The notes beneath the pieces are model-generated. The model was given only the letters and a program-made list of their open reading frames with translations. It had not been told where the DNA came from and did no database searches. Position numbers and translations under genes: made by a program. Positions 1 through 9,934 of a stretch of DNA of 33,265 nt are shown here, one piece after another. Position 1 is the first letter of the stretch; each line of letters opens with the position of its first letter. The DNA comes from Bradyrhizobium sp. (GTDB taxonomy: Bacteria > Pseudomonadota > Alphaproteobacteria > Rhizobiales > Xanthobacteraceae): contig DATBYN010000219.1 in the NCBI GenBank assembly GCA_036513695.1, positions 1-33,265 of the forward strand, in the 5' to 3' direction.

Positions 1-160
1 TTCGGTCGAATTTGAGCGCCGGGTTGGTCTCGAAGAAATGGTAGTGCGAGCCGACTTGGATCGGGCGGTCGCCGGTGTTGGCGACGTTAAGGGTCACCGT
101 CTTGCGGCCGGCATTGAGCTCGATCTCGCCATCCTTGATGAAGAGTTCGCCGGGGATCAT
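1..160 (-). CDS. ureB: Urease subunit beta, 5' part (runs off window start)
   Basis: Own translation from ATG at 160: [53 protein letters not shown], with the UreB motif [15 protein letters not shown]; 10 bp downstream of ureA; not in ORF track. Confidence 0.96.
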   Translation of the reverse strand, partial: MIPGELFIKDGEIELNAGRKTVTLNVANTGDRPIQVGSHYHFFETNPALKFDR

Positions 161-170
161 TTTCGCTTTC

Positions 171-473
171 CTATCTGATCGGCTCGTGCACGGTCACAAG
201 CTTGGTGCCGTCGGGAAACGTGGCTTCGACCTGGATGTCGTGGATCATTTCGGCGATGCCCGGCATCACCTGCGCCCGGGTCAAGACCTGCGCGCCGGCC
301 TGCATCAGGTCGGCCACGGTGCGGCCGTCGCGGGCGCCCTCGACGATGAAATCCGAGATGATGGCGATGGCTTCGGGGTGGTTGAGCTTGACGCCGCGCT
401 CGAGGCGCCGGCGCGCCACCATGGCCGCCATCGAGATCAGCAGCTTGTCCTTTTCGCGGGGAGACAGATTCAT
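171..473 (-). CDS. ureA: Urease subunit gamma
   Basis: 100 aa [12 protein letters not shown]...LNHPEA...[19 protein letters not shown], classic UreA. Confidence 0.98.
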   Translation of the reverse strand: MNLSPREKDKLLISMAAMVARRRLERGVKLNHPEAIAIISDFIVEGARDGRTVADLMQAGAQVLTRAQVMPGIAEMIHDIQVEATFPDGTKLVTVHEPIR

Positions 474-501
474 GCGAGCACTCTAATAAATTGTTCGAAA
501 C

Positions 502-1338
502 CTAATTGAGCCACAGCCGCGGCAGCGCTGTGTTGGAGGCGCGGCCGAGCACCGCGATCATGTCGGCGCGCAGCCGCGCCGCATCTTGGGCACAGAAGCG
601 GGCCATTGCAAACCCATTCCACGCGGAAATGCCGACCTCGCCTTGAAACGAACTGGTCCCTTCGCGAAGCCGCTCCACCAGCGCCTCATCGCCCGGCACG
701 ATCAGGGCGGTGCCGATCGCCGCGCCGCCTTTTGCGATCGCCGATTGTGAAAGCTTTTCGCCGATGTCACCGTCGAGCCGGATGTTTTCCGCAAACACCA
801 GCCGGCCGCCGCGCTTGAGCCGCCAGCGGTCGACGAATTCGCCATGCCGCATGCGCTCCCCCATCGCCGCGCGGCCGAACACGACGATTTCGCAGAGCAA
901 AAGCGAAGCACCCTCGGCAAGATCGATATCGATCCGGCGCAACACCCGCGCCCGGTCGAACAGAATCGTCTCCAGCGGCAGCCATGCGAGGTGCGCGCCG
1001 GCCGCAGCCTTCAGGGCGATATCGATCCGGGCTGCCGGTCCCGCGGCGCGATAGATTTTCTCCGCCGCCGCCGTCGTCACCGCAAGCCGCGTTCCCTCGC
1101 CGGCCGTGATATCGATGTCGAAACGATCGCCGCCGGCGACGCCACCGGCGGTATTGACGAAAACCGCCGACAACCCTTCCGCCTCGGGCGAGGGAAAGCG
1201 GACGCGCAGCGAGCCGGATTCATGGAGCTGGCCGCGGCGGGTCATGCCTTCGGCCTGGCGCACGTCGAACCTCACCGCACCCCTTGCCCGGTTGGCCGCG
1301 AAAATCGCGGAAGCCGTACTCGTGGTATCGGTCCGCAT
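502..1338 (-). CDS. ureD: Urease accessory protein UreD
   Basis: 278 aa with NTAGGVAGGD, TTAAAEKIY, WLPLETILF motifs; directly upstream of ureA. Confidence 0.95.
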   Translation of the reverse strand: MRTDTTSTASAIFAANRARGAVRFDVRQAEGMTRRGQLHESGSLRVRFPSPEAEGLSAVFVNTAGGVAGGDRFDIDITAGEGTRLAVTTAAAEKIYRAAGPAARIDIALKAAAGAHLAWLPLETILFDRARVLRRIDIDLAEGASLLLCEIVVFGRAAMGERMRHGEFVDRWRLKRGGRLVFAENIRLDGDIGEKLSQSAIAKGGAAIGTALIVPGDEALVERLREGTSSFQGEVGISAWNGFAMARFCAQDAARLRADMIAVLGRASNTALPRLWLN

Positions 1339-1397
1339 CCGCCCCCAACTCTCCTTAAAAGGGCGCTCGACCTTGGCCGGTCGCGTCGCAAGCCCGG

Positions 1398-2093
1398 TTA
1401 CAGGGCCATCTGGCGGCTGATTTCGCCGGGATCGAGATTGGTTCGATCGCAGGCATATTTTACCGCGCCACGGTCCATCACCGCAAAGTTGTCGCCGAGC
1501 TCGCAGGCGAAGTCGAGATATTGTTCGACCAGCACGATCGCGATGTTGCCGAGGTTGCGCAGATAAGAGATCGCGCGCCCGATATCCTTGATGATCGACG
1601 GCTGGATACCCTCGGTCGGCTCGTCGAGCAGCAACAGTTTTGGACGCATCACCAGCGCGCGGCCGATCGCAAGCTGTTGCTGCTGGCCGCCGGACAGGTC
1701 GCCACCGCGACGCCCAAGCATCGATTGCAGGACCGGAAACAGCGAGAACACGTCATCTGGGATATAGCGGTCGTCACGCTTCAACGGACCAAAGCCGGTC
1801 TTGAGGTTTTCCTCAACCGTCAGCAGTGGGAAAATTTCGCGGCCCTGCGGCACGAAGCCGATACCCTTTCGGGCGCGCTCATAGGGCCTTAAGGCCGTGA
1901 TGTCGGCGCCGTCGAAGTTGATTGTGCCGCTCGCGATCGGATATTGGCCGACCATGGCGCGCAACAAAGAGGTCTTGCCGACGCCGTTGCGCCCCAACAC
2001 GCAGGTCACCTTTCCCGGCTCTGCCGAGATGGAAACGCCACGCAGCGCCTGGGCGGCGCCGTAAAACAGGTTGATGTTTTCGACCTTCAGCAT
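1398..2093 (-). CDS. urtE: Urea ABC transporter ATP-binding subunit UrtE
   Basis: Walker A GRNGVGKT, VPQGREIFP, LSGGQQQQLAIGRAL, LLLDEPTEGIQP; last gene of urt operon. Confidence 0.95.
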   Translation of the reverse strand: MLKVENINLFYGAAQALRGVSISAEPGKVTCVLGRNGVGKTSLLRAMVGQYPIASGTINFDGADITALRPYERARKGIGFVPQGREIFPLLTVEENLKTGFGPLKRDDRYIPDDVFSLFPVLQSMLGRRGGDLSGGQQQQLAIGRALVMRPKLLLLDEPTEGIQPSIIKDIGRAISYLRNLGNIAIVLVEQYLDFACELGDNFAVMDRGAVKYACDRTNLDPGEISRQMAL

Positions 2094-2098
2094 CGCGC

Positions 2099-2860
2099 TT
2101 ACCGCCCCAGATACACTTCGATCACCCGCTCATTCGACGAAACCTGATCGATGGTTCCCTCGGCCAGCACCGCGCCTTCGTGCAAGCAAGTCACCTTGAC
2201 GCCGAGCTCGCGGACGAAGCTCATGTCGTGTTCGACCACCATGACCGTGTGGTCCTTGTTGATTTCCTTCAAAAGCTCGGCGGTCTGATGGGTCTCGACG
2301 TCGGTCATGCCGGCAACCGGCTCGTCGACCAGCAGCAATTTGGGATCCTGCGCCAGCAACATGCCGATCTCGAGCCACTGCTTCTGGCCGTGCGACAGGC
2401 TGCCTGCCAGGCGGTTGCGCGCGTCGGTCAGACGAATGGTCTCCAGCACCTTCTCGATGCGCTCGGTTTCCGGCTTGCTCTCGCGCCAGAACAGCGTGCC
2501 CCTGACGCTGTGATCGACGTTGAGCGCCAGCAACAGATTGTCCTCGATGGTCTGGCTCTCGAACACGGTCGGCTTCTGGAATTTCCGGCCGATCCCGAGT
2601 TCGGCAATTCTGGTCTCGTCGAGCCGGGTCAGGTCGGTGACGCCGTCGAACAGTACCTCGCCCTTGTCCGGCTTGGTCTTGCCGGTGATGATGTCCATCA
2701 TCGTGGTCTTGCCGGCGCCGTTCGGGCCGATCACGGCGCGCATCTCGCCGGGCGCAAGCGTCAGCGACAAATTGTTGATGGCGTGAAAGCCGTCGAACGA
2801 GACGTGGACGCCATCGAGATAGAGCAGCGCGGAAGTCGCTCGCGTGTCCATGACGTTCAT
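2099..2860 (-). CDS. urtD: Urea ABC transporter ATP-binding subunit UrtD
   Basis: GPNGAGKTT, GIGRKFQKPTVF, LSHGQKQWLEIGM; ATG at 2860 (MNVMDTR) chosen over the track start that overlaps urtC. Confidence 0.94.
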   Translation of the reverse strand: MNVMDTRATSALLYLDGVHVSFDGFHAINNLSLTLAPGEMRAVIGPNGAGKTTMMDIITGKTKPDKGEVLFDGVTDLTRLDETRIAELGIGRKFQKPTVFESQTIEDNLLLALNVDHSVRGTLFWRESKPETERIEKVLETIRLTDARNRLAGSLSHGQKQWLEIGMLLAQDPKLLLVDEPVAGMTDVETHQTAELLKEINKDHTVMVVEHDMSFVRELGVKVTCLHEGAVLAEGTIDQVSSNERVIEVYLGR

Positions 2861-2864
2861 GCGC

Positions 2865-4034
2865 TCACTCCGCCATGTTCGGTTCGCTGACGCCGTCTTC
2901 ACGGGCGGCGCTCGCGGCAGCCGGCGTCAGGCGTCGCGCCTTCCACGGTTGCCACCATGTGTTGAAGGTGCCGACGATCCCCTTTGGCAACAGCAGCGTC
3001 ACCAGGATGAACATCGCGCCCAGCATGAACAGCCAGTACGGCGCGAGCGGCCCCGATGTGAAGAAGGTTTTGGCGTAGTTGACGACAATCGCGCCTAATG
3101 CGGCGCCGACCAGCGTGCCGCGACCGCCGACCGCGACCCAGATCACCGCCTCGATCGAGTTGCCCGGCGCGAATTCGGACGGGTTGATGATACCGACCTG
3201 CGGCACATAAAGCGCGCCGGCAACGCCGGCCATGCAGGCCGACAGCGTAAAGACGAACAGCTTGTAGGATTCGACGCGGTAGCCGATGAAGCGGGTGCGC
3301 GATTCGGCATCCCGGATCGCGATCAGGACCTTGCCGAGCTTCGAGGTCACGACCGCGCGGCAAATCAGGAAGCCGATGATCAGCGCCAGGCAGCTCAGTG
3401 CGAACAACGCCGCGCGGGTGCCGTCGGCCTGGACGTTAAAGCCCAAAATATCCTTGAAGTCGGTGAGGCCGTTGTTGCCGCCGAAGCCGAAATCGTTGCG
3501 GAAGAATCCGAGCAGCAAGGCGTAGGTCATCGCCTGGGTGATGATCGAGAGATAGACGCCGGTGACGCGGGAGCGGAAGGCGAACCAGCCAAAACAGAAG
3601 GCGAGGAGGCCGGGGGCGAGGACCACCATCAGCGCCGCGAACCAGAACATGTCAAAACCGTTCCAGTACCATGGCAGCTTCGGATAATTCAGGAACACCA
3701 TGAAGTCCGGCAGAATTGGATTACCATAGACGCCGCGGGTTCCGATCTGGCGCATCAGATACATGCCCATCGCGTAGCCGCCGAGCGCGAAGAACGCGCC
3801 GTGGCCGAGCGAGAGAATGCCGCAATAGCCCCAGATCAGATCGATCGCGAGCGCCAGGATGGCGTAGCAGACATATTTGCCCCATAGCGCCACCAGATAG
3901 GTCGGCACCGCAAAGAAGGAGCCCGCCGGCAACAGCAGGTTCGACAGCGGGATCAGTACGCCGGCCGCGGCGACCACGATCATAAACAAGGTCGCGCCGC
4001 GATCCAGCGAACGCGTGAGCACGTGCGGAATCAT
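2865..4034 (-). CDS. urtC: Urea ABC transporter permease UrtC
   Basis: DLIWGYCGILSLGHGAFFALGGYAMGMYLM and GVYLSIITQA motifs; multi-TM; overlaps urtB stop. Confidence 0.95.
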   Translation of the reverse strand: MIPHVLTRSLDRGATLFMIVVAAAGVLIPLSNLLLPAGSFFAVPTYLVALWGKYVCYAILALAIDLIWGYCGILSLGHGAFFALGGYAMGMYLMRQIGTRGVYGNPILPDFMVFLNYPKLPWYWNGFDMFWFAALMVVLAPGLLAFCFGWFAFRSRVTGVYLSIITQAMTYALLLGFFRNDFGFGGNNGLTDFKDILGFNVQADGTRAALFALSCLALIIGFLICRAVVTSKLGKVLIAIRDAESRTRFIGYRVESYKLFVFTLSACMAGVAGALYVPQVGIINPSEFAPGNSIEAVIWVAVGGRGTLVGAALGAIVVNYAKTFFTSGPLAPYWLFMLGAMFILVTLLLPKGIVGTFNTWWQPWKARRLTPAAASAAREDGVSEPNMAE

Positions 4035-5644
4035 GCTTCCACCGCCCGCCCCTTGAGCGCGAACAGCCCGCGCGGGCGTTTCTGGATGAACAGGATGATA
4101 AGGACCAGAATAGCGATCTTGCCCAGCACCGCGCCCGCCACCGGCTCCAGGAACTTGTTGGCGATGCCGAGCGTGAAGGCGCCGACCAGGGTGCCCCAGA
4201 GATTACCGACGCCGCCGAACACCACCACCATGAAGGAGTCAATAATGTAGCTCTGGCCGAGATTGGGACTGACATTGTCGATCTGCGACAGCGCGACACC
4301 GGCGATCCCGGCGATCCCGGAGCCCAAACCGAAGGTCAGCGCATCCACCCGCGAGGTCGCAATTCCCATCGATGCCGCCATTCTGCGGTTTTGTGTCACC
4401 GCGCGCATCTCAAGTCCGAGCGCCGTATAGCGCAGCATGGCCAGCAGTATAGCGAATACCGCGAGCGTGAAGCAGAGAATCCAGAGCCGGTTGTAGGTGA
4501 TCGTGATCTGCCCGACCTCGAACGCGCCGCTCATCCAGGAGGGATTGCCGACCTCGCGGTTATTCGGACCGAACATGGAGCGGACGGCCTGTTGCAGCAC
4601 CAGCGACAGGCCCCATGTTGCGAGCAGCGTCTCCAGCGGACGGCCGTAGAGGAAGCGGATGATGCTGCGCTCGATCAGGATACCGACCGCGCCGGCAACG
4701 ACGAAGGACAGCGGCACGGCGATCAGCAGCGAATAGTCGAACAGCCAAGGATAGCTGGTGCGGATGATTTCCTGCACCACAAAGGTGGTGTAGGCCCCGA
4801 GCATCACCATTTCGCCATGGGCCATGTTGATGACGCCCATGACGCCGAAGGTGATGGCAAGACCGATGGCCGCCAAGAGCAGCACCGAGCCGAGCGACAG
4901 GCCGTACCAGGCATTCTGCACCATCGACCACATCGCGAGGTTATTCTGGATCGACGACGTCGCACTCGCCGCGGCGCGCGCGATCGCCGACGGCTGGTCT
5001 CCGGAGAGCCCGGTCAACAGCGCCAGTGCCTCCTGGTCGCCTCTCGCCTTGATGGTGGCAATGGCTTCGAGTTTTTCGGCGTCGGTGGCGTCCTGCTTGA
5101 ACAGCAGGATCGCCGCGCGCGCTTCGTTGAAGGCCAGCTTCGCGGCCTTGTTGGTCTCCTTCGCAAGCGCGCTGTCGACCGCCGGCAGCATGCTCTCATC
5201 GTGGGTCTTGAAAACCGATTGCGCGGCCTGGATGCGCGCGGCCGGGTCGGGCGACTGCAATGTCAGGCCACCGAGTGCAGCCTCGACGGTGCGGCGCAGG
5301 CGGTTGTTGAGGCGAACGGCGGCGGCGCTATCGGGAATGCTGTCGACCGGCGCACCGGTTGCGGCATCGATGATCTTGCCATCCGCTTCTTTGACATAAA
5401 CCTTCTTGGTGTCAGGATCGGCCATCAAGCGGTCGTCCTGCAGCGCGCTGATGATGCGGTAGGCCAATGGATTGCCGCTGGCCACGACAACGCCGATGGC
5501 TTCCTCGGTATCGGAAAACTCGTCATTTGCGAATTTGCTGACCGCGTCCTCGAACGATCCCGCCATGACCGGCAGCGCAGTGGCAATAATCAGCAAGAAT
5601 GCAAATGGGAATGCACGGACGGCTCTAAAGACTTTGGTAAACAC
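4031..5644 (-). CDS. urtB: Urea ABC transporter permease UrtB with N-terminal periplasmic domain
   Basis: GLAITFGVMGVINMAHGE and YGRPLETLLATWG motifs; GTG start, exact start uncertain. Confidence 0.94.
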   Translation of the reverse strand: MFTKVFRAVRAFPFAFLLIIATALPVMAGSFEDAVSKFANDEFSDTEEAIGVVVASGNPLAYRIISALQDDRLMADPDTKKVYVKEADGKIIDAATGAPVDSIPDSAAAVRLNNRLRRTVEAALGGLTLQSPDPAARIQAAQSVFKTHDESMLPAVDSALAKETNKAAKLAFNEARAAILLFKQDATDAEKLEAIATIKARGDQEALALLTGLSGDQPSAIARAAASATSSIQNNLAMWSMVQNAWYGLSLGSVLLLAAIGLAITFGVMGVINMAHGEMVMLGAYTTFVVQEIIRTSYPWLFDYSLLIAVPLSFVVAGAVGILIERSIIRFLYGRPLETLLATWGLSLVLQQAVRSMFGPNNREVGNPSWMSGAFEVGQITITYNRLWILCFTLAVFAILLAMLRYTALGLEMRAVTQNRRMAASMGIATSRVDALTFGLGSGIAGIAGVALSQIDNVSPNLGQSYIIDSFMVVVFGGVGNLWGTLVGAFTLGIANKFLEPVAGAVLGKIAILVLIILFIQKRPRGLFALKGRAVEA

Positions 5645-5667
5645 TGGACGACCCCGGCAGGAGCAGA

Positions 5668-5696
5668 AGGAAGGCGGCGGATATCGCCGCCTTCCT
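5668..5696. terminator. Stem-loop between urtA and urtB (attenuating or mRNA-stabilising hairpin)
   Basis: Perfect 12-bp inverted repeat AGGAAGGCGGCG-gatat-CGCCGCCTTCCT after the binding-protein gene. Confidence 0.6.
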
Positions 5697-5720
5697 GGTT
5701 TGTTTACGCTCAGGAGTAAA

Positions 5721-7040
5721 TCAGGAGCCCTGACCGCCGCACTTGTTGGTCTTGGTATTCCAGTTACCGCATTTCTTGCCGACCCAGTCGCCGATCAGGT
5801 CCTTGGAGCCATCGAGCTCCTTCGACCAGGCATCGCCGGCAACCAGGCCCGGGGTCTTCCACACCACATCGAATTGGCCGTTGCCTTTGATTTCGCCAAT
5901 GAACACCGGCTTGGTGATGTGATGGTTCGGAAGCATCTTCGAGATGCCGCCGGTCAGGTTAGGCGTTTCGATACCGGGCAGAGCGTCGATCACCTTGTCG
6001 GCGTCGGTCGACTTCACTTTCTCCACCGCCTTGATCCACATATTGAACCCGATGACGTGCGCTTCCATCGGATCGTTGGTGGTGCGCTTCGGGTTCTTGG
6101 TGTAGGCCTGCCAGTCCTTGATGAACTTCTCGTTCGCAGGCGTCTTGATCGACTCGAAGTAGTTCCAGGCGGCGAGATGGCCGAGCAAGGGCTTGGTGTC
6201 GATACCGGCGAGTTCTTCTTCACCGACCGAGAACGCGACAACCGGAATATCGGTCGCCTTGATGCCCTGGTTGCCGAGTTCCTTGTAGAAGGGAACGTTG
6301 GCGTCGCCGTTGATCGTCGAGACCACGGCAGTCTTCTTGCCCGCCGAGCCGAACTTCTTAATGTCGGCGACGATGGTCTGCCAGTCCGAATGACCGAACG
6401 GCGTGTAGTTGATCATGATGTCTTCCTGGGCGACACCCTTCGACTTCAGATAGGCTTCGAGGATCTTGTTGGTGGTGCGCGGATAGACGTAGTCGGTGCC
6501 GGCCAGCACCCAGCGCTTCACCTTTTCGTCCTTCATCAAATAGTCGACGGCGGGAATCGCCTGCTGGTTCGGCGCCGCACCGGTATAGAACACGTTGCGC
6601 TCGCTCTCTTCGCCTTCATACTGCACCGGATAGAACAGGATGTTGTTCAGTTCCTTGAACACCGGCAACACGGATTTGCGCGACACCGAGGTCCAGCAGC
6701 CGAACACGACGGCAACCTTGTCCTTGGTGATCAACTCACGCGCCTTTTCGGCGAATAGCGGCCAGTTCGAGGCGGGATCGACGACAACGGCTTCGAGCTT
6801 CTTGCCGAGCACGCCGCCCTTTTTGTTCTGCTCGTCGATCAGGAAGAGGATGGTGTCCTTCAGCGTGGTTTCGCTGATGGCCATGGTGCCGGAGAGCGAA
6901 TGCAGAACGCCGACCTTGATGGTGTCGTCCGCGGCTTTGGCGGACGTGAACGCGGCCAGGCCCAAAACCAGGCCGGCGGTCGCCGCTAGCCAGCGGCGGC
7001 GGCTCAACGTCGCTATATCGTGAGTGATTTGTGTAAGCAT
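5721..7040 (-). CDS. urtA: Urea ABC transporter substrate-binding protein UrtA
   Basis: IKVGVLHSLSGTMAISE, FGCWTSVSRKSV, YPVQYEG; Tat-like SRRRWL signal; GGAG RBS upstream. Confidence 0.96.
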   Translation of the reverse strand: MLTQITHDIATLSRRRWLAATAGLVLGLAAFTSAKAADDTIKVGVLHSLSGTMAISETTLKDTILFLIDEQNKKGGVLGKKLEAVVVDPASNWPLFAEKARELITKDKVAVVFGCWTSVSRKSVLPVFKELNNILFYPVQYEGEESERNVFYTGAAPNQQAIPAVDYLMKDEKVKRWVLAGTDYVYPRTTNKILEAYLKSKGVAQEDIMINYTPFGHSDWQTIVADIKKFGSAGKKTAVVSTINGDANVPFYKELGNQGIKATDIPVVAFSVGEEELAGIDTKPLLGHLAAWNYFESIKTPANEKFIKDWQAYTKNPKRTTNDPMEAHVIGFNMWIKAVEKVKSTDADKVIDALPGIETPNLTGGISKMLPNHHITKPVFIGEIKGNGQFDVVWKTPGLVAGDAWSKELDGSKDLIGDWVGKKCGNWNTKTNKCGGQGS

Positions 7041-7111
7041 GAAATGTCATCTCCCTGACGCAGGCGTGAAACGCTGCGAAACGGCCCCACGGCCGCCTGC
7101 GTTAACGCAAT

Positions 7112-7127
7112 CGCAAGAACCATGCCA
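7112..7127 (-). promoter_or_regulatory. Sigma54 (-24/-12) promoter of the urt-ure operon
   Basis: Minus strand TGGCATGGTTCTTGCG has exact GG-N10-GC spacing, about 70 bp upstream of the urtA ATG. Confidence 0.82.
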
Positions 7128-7200
7128 CGGTAGGCGCGAGCCGTAACTTGATGGCTTCGTTGAAGAATCCCCCCGTCACGCAGGACGACTCGATGATATT

Positions 7201-7217
7201 TGCATAAATTTTAAGCA
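7201..7217. promoter_or_regulatory. Putative NtrC binding site
   Basis: 17-bp TGCATAAATTTTAAGCA (TGCA-N9-TGCA-like, AT-rich core) upstream of the sigma54 site; a weaker one, TGGCTAAATTTCCGGCA, lies at 7274-7290. Confidence 0.55.
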
Positions 7218-7397
7218 GAAAAAGTGTATGCGCAATCGGCAATCTGTTCAATTCGTGATCAAATATGACGGTTTGGCTAAATTTCCGGCAGCGATTCTTT
7301 TTGCACCGCAGCGTGCACGGACGCGCCGATTCGTTCGCAAACTCAGGCCTTTACTCGCTGTCTTGTTAGCTGTCGCAAACCTCATTGCACGATTCAC

Positions 7398-7426
7398 CTT
7401 GAAAGCGCCGTGTTCGTGTTCCATAT
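7398..7426 (+). promoter_or_regulatory. Putative sigma70 promoter of the DEAD-box helicase
   Basis: CTTGAA-N17-CCATAT resembles the rhizobial CTTGAC-N17-CTATAT consensus. Confidence 0.45.
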
Positions 7427-7598
7427 CAGGGCCACGACCCAGGAATCACCGGGTCATTGCGAGCCGCGTGTTCTGAGCCCGTCCAACGGTTTCTGGCTTG
7501 CCCTTATCAGCTAACCAAAACCGACGCCCCAAACACGCGGGTGTCTCTGACACCCTCGCGCGCTCCTGGCGGACACCGCCGGGCGCCTGCCTTTTACA

Positions 7599-9053
7599 AT
7601 GGAAAGAACCCACCTTTTGACCTCCTTTCAGGATTTCGGTCTCGCCGAACCCATTTCGCGTGCGCTCAAAGACGAGAATTACCTCACGCCCACGCCCATC
7701 CAAGCTCAAACTATCCCACTCGCGCTCACCGGCCGCGACGTCGTCGGCATTGCCCAGACCGGTACCGGCAAGACCGCCGCGTTTGCGCTTCCCATCCTGC
7801 ATCGCCTTCTGGAGCATCGCATCAAGCCGCAGCCGAAATCCTGCCGCGTGCTGGTGCTGTCGCCGACCCGCGAATTGTCGGGCCAGATTCTCGACAGCTT
7901 CAACGCCTATGGCCGTCACCTCCGCCTCACCTCGGCTCTGGCGATCGGCGGCGTCCCGATGGGACGTCAGGTCCGCTCGATCATGCAGGGTGTCGAAGTC
8001 ATGGTCGCAACCCCCGGCCGCCTGCTCGATCTCGTGCAAAGCAACGGGCTCAAGCTCGGTCACGTCGAGTTTCTGGTGCTCGACGAGGCCGACCGTATGC
8101 TGGACATGGGCTTCATCAACGACATCCGTAAAATCGTCGGCAAACTGCCGATCAAGCGGCAGACCCTGTTCTTTTCGGCGACCATGCCAAAGGACATCGC
8201 CGAACTCGCTGAAGCGATGCTGCGGGATCCTGCCCGCGTCGCGGTGACCCCGGTCGCCTCCACCGTCGAGCGCATCACCCAGCGCATCATCCAGGTCGAT
8301 CACTCCAATAAGCCCGCCTTCCTGGCGCAGCTCCTCAAGCAGGAACCGGTCGATCGCGCTCTGATCTTTACCCGTACCAAGCACGGCGCCGACAAGGTCG
8401 TGAAGGGCCTGGCACGGGCCGGCATCACCGCGGATGCCATTCACGGCAACAAGTCGCAAAATCATCGCGAGCGGGTGCTGGCGGCGTTCCGCTCCGGCGC
8501 GATCCGCACCCTGGTCGCCACCGACATTGCCGCCCGCGGCATCGACGTCGACGGCATCTCCCATGTGGTGAATTTCGATCTTCCCAATGTCCCTGAGACC
8601 TACGTCCATCGCATCGGCCGCACTGCACGCGCTGGTGCCGACGGCGTCGCCATCTCGCTGATCGCGGGCGCTGAGGAAATGGGGTATCTGCGCGACATCG
8701 AAAAATTGATCCGCATCGCGTTGCCGAGGGAAGACCGCCGCACGCCGGGCCACCGCGACGCGGCGCCCGCGTCTGCACCGGCACAGCACCATCGCAGCGG
8801 ACGTTCCGCCCCGCGTGTGCATGCCGCCAGGGTCAATGACGCCGCACCTGGATCGAAAGGTCCTCGCCGACGCCACCGTTCCGGTGGTAATAATGGTCTT
8901 CCGCAAACCAACCGGCACGAGGCCAACCGGCAGGAGCCGCACCGAGCCTCGCCGCAAGGCAGCGGCAAGGCTGAAGGGATGCAAGGGGTTGCCTTTTTGC
9001 ACCGCGAAAGCCGACCGAATACAAAACCCAACCGCACCCAACGACCACGTTAG
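7599..9053 (+). CDS. rhlE: DEAD-box RNA helicase, RhlE-like
   Basis: Q motif, AQTGTGKT, PTREL, DEAD, SAT, ARGID, HRIGRTAR; basic disordered C-tail. True start may be TTG at 7617. Confidence 0.9.
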   Translation: MERTHLLTSFQDFGLAEPISRALKDENYLTPTPIQAQTIPLALTGRDVVGIAQTGTGKTAAFALPILHRLLEHRIKPQPKSCRVLVLSPTRELSGQILDSFNAYGRHLRLTSALAIGGVPMGRQVRSIMQGVEVMVATPGRLLDLVQSNGLKLGHVEFLVLDEADRMLDMGFINDIRKIVGKLPIKRQTLFFSATMPKDIAELAEAMLRDPARVAVTPVASTVERITQRIIQVDHSNKPAFLAQLLKQEPVDRALIFTRTKHGADKVVKGLARAGITADAIHGNKSQNHRERVLAAFRSGAIRTLVATDIAARGIDVDGISHVVNFDLPNVPETYVHRIGRTARAGADGVAISLIAGAEEMGYLRDIEKLIRIALPREDRRTPGHRDAAPASAPAQHHRSGRSAPRVHAARVNDAAPGSKGPRRRHRSGGNNGLPQTNRHEANRQEPHRASPQGSGKAEGMQGVAFLHRESRPNTKPNRTQRPR

Positions 9054-9077
9054 CCGTCGATCGATCTGGAGAGAACC

Positions 9078-9368
9078 ATGGCTAAAGAAGAGCTGATCCA
9101 GTTCGAAGGACTGGTCACCGAAATCCTTCCCGATGCACGTTACCGCGTGCAGCTCGATGCCGGACACGAGATCGTCGCCTACACCGCCGGCAAGATGAAA
9201 AAGAACCGGATCAAGACGTTGGCGGGCGATCGGGTGACGATCGAGATGTCGCCCTATGACCTGGAAAAAGGCCGGCTTATCTTCCGTCACAAGGACGAGC
9301 GTCCGGGTGGCGGCGGTGGCGGCGCTCCGCGTGGTGCACCGCCGCGTGGTCAGTTCCGGCGCAGGTGA
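9078..9368 (+). CDS. infA: Translation initiation factor IF-1 with Gly/Arg/Pro-rich C-tail
   Basis: [11 protein letters not shown]...[33 protein letters not shown]; GGAG RBS. Confidence 0.96.
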   Translation: MAKEELIQFEGLVTEILPDARYRVQLDAGHEIVAYTAGKMKKNRIKTLAGDRVTIEMSPYDLEKGRLIFRHKDERPGGGGGGAPRGAPPRGQFRRR

Positions 9369-9720
9369 GCGCGGGCTCACCTCGGTTCTAAGGGATCAGA
9401 GCCGAGGTGCTGTTCCCCTTGTTTTGACGTTTTCCACTTCGCTCGAAAGCGCTATGCCATTGCCTCGAAATTGCGCGTGGCTAAATCGGCGCGGACATGA
9501 GCTTCCAGTTGCAGATCCGGGCGCGATCAAAAAATCGCGCACCTCAGGATTGTTTTGGGGGCTACTTTGGAATAATATAACTGATCGATTTTCGGCCGGA
9601 CGACATTAGCTATCCACCGGTACAGCCGGTTTAGACGCTGACGACCCTTCCAAAAATTCGATCTCACCAGCCCATCAAAAGTGGGTTTTGACTATATCTA
9701 TCTTGAGAAGGGACTATCCC

Positions 9721-9933
9721 GTGAGCATGGGAACCGTGAAGTGGTTTAACGCAACCAAGGGCTTCGGCTTCATTCAACCGGATGATGGTGGCAACGACGT
9801 GTTCGTGCACATCAGCGCGGTTGAGCGTGCCGGCCTTGGCACGCTGCGTGAAGGCCAGAAGATCAGCTACGAAATCGTAGCCGATCGCCGCTCTGGCAAG
9901 TCTTCGGCCGACAATCTGCGCGCCGCCGGCTAA
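9721..9933 (+). CDS. cspA: Cold-shock protein (CspA family)
   Basis: [15 protein letters not shown] (RNP1), DVFVHISAV (RNP2); GTG start at 9721 after GAAGGGA (ATG at 9727 is the alternative). Confidence 0.93.
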   Translation: MSMGTVKWFNATKGFGFIQPDDGGNDVFVHISAVERAGLGTLREGQKISYEIVADRRSGKSSADNLRAAG

Positions 9934-9934
9934 G

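Noticed and set aside
4391-6758. 442-aa and 428-aa plus-strand ORFs
   Set aside because: Antisense shadows of urtB and urtA.
7446-9380. 644-aa minus-strand ORF
   Set aside because: Antisense shadow of the helicase and infA, typical of high-GC codon bias; no recognisable motifs.
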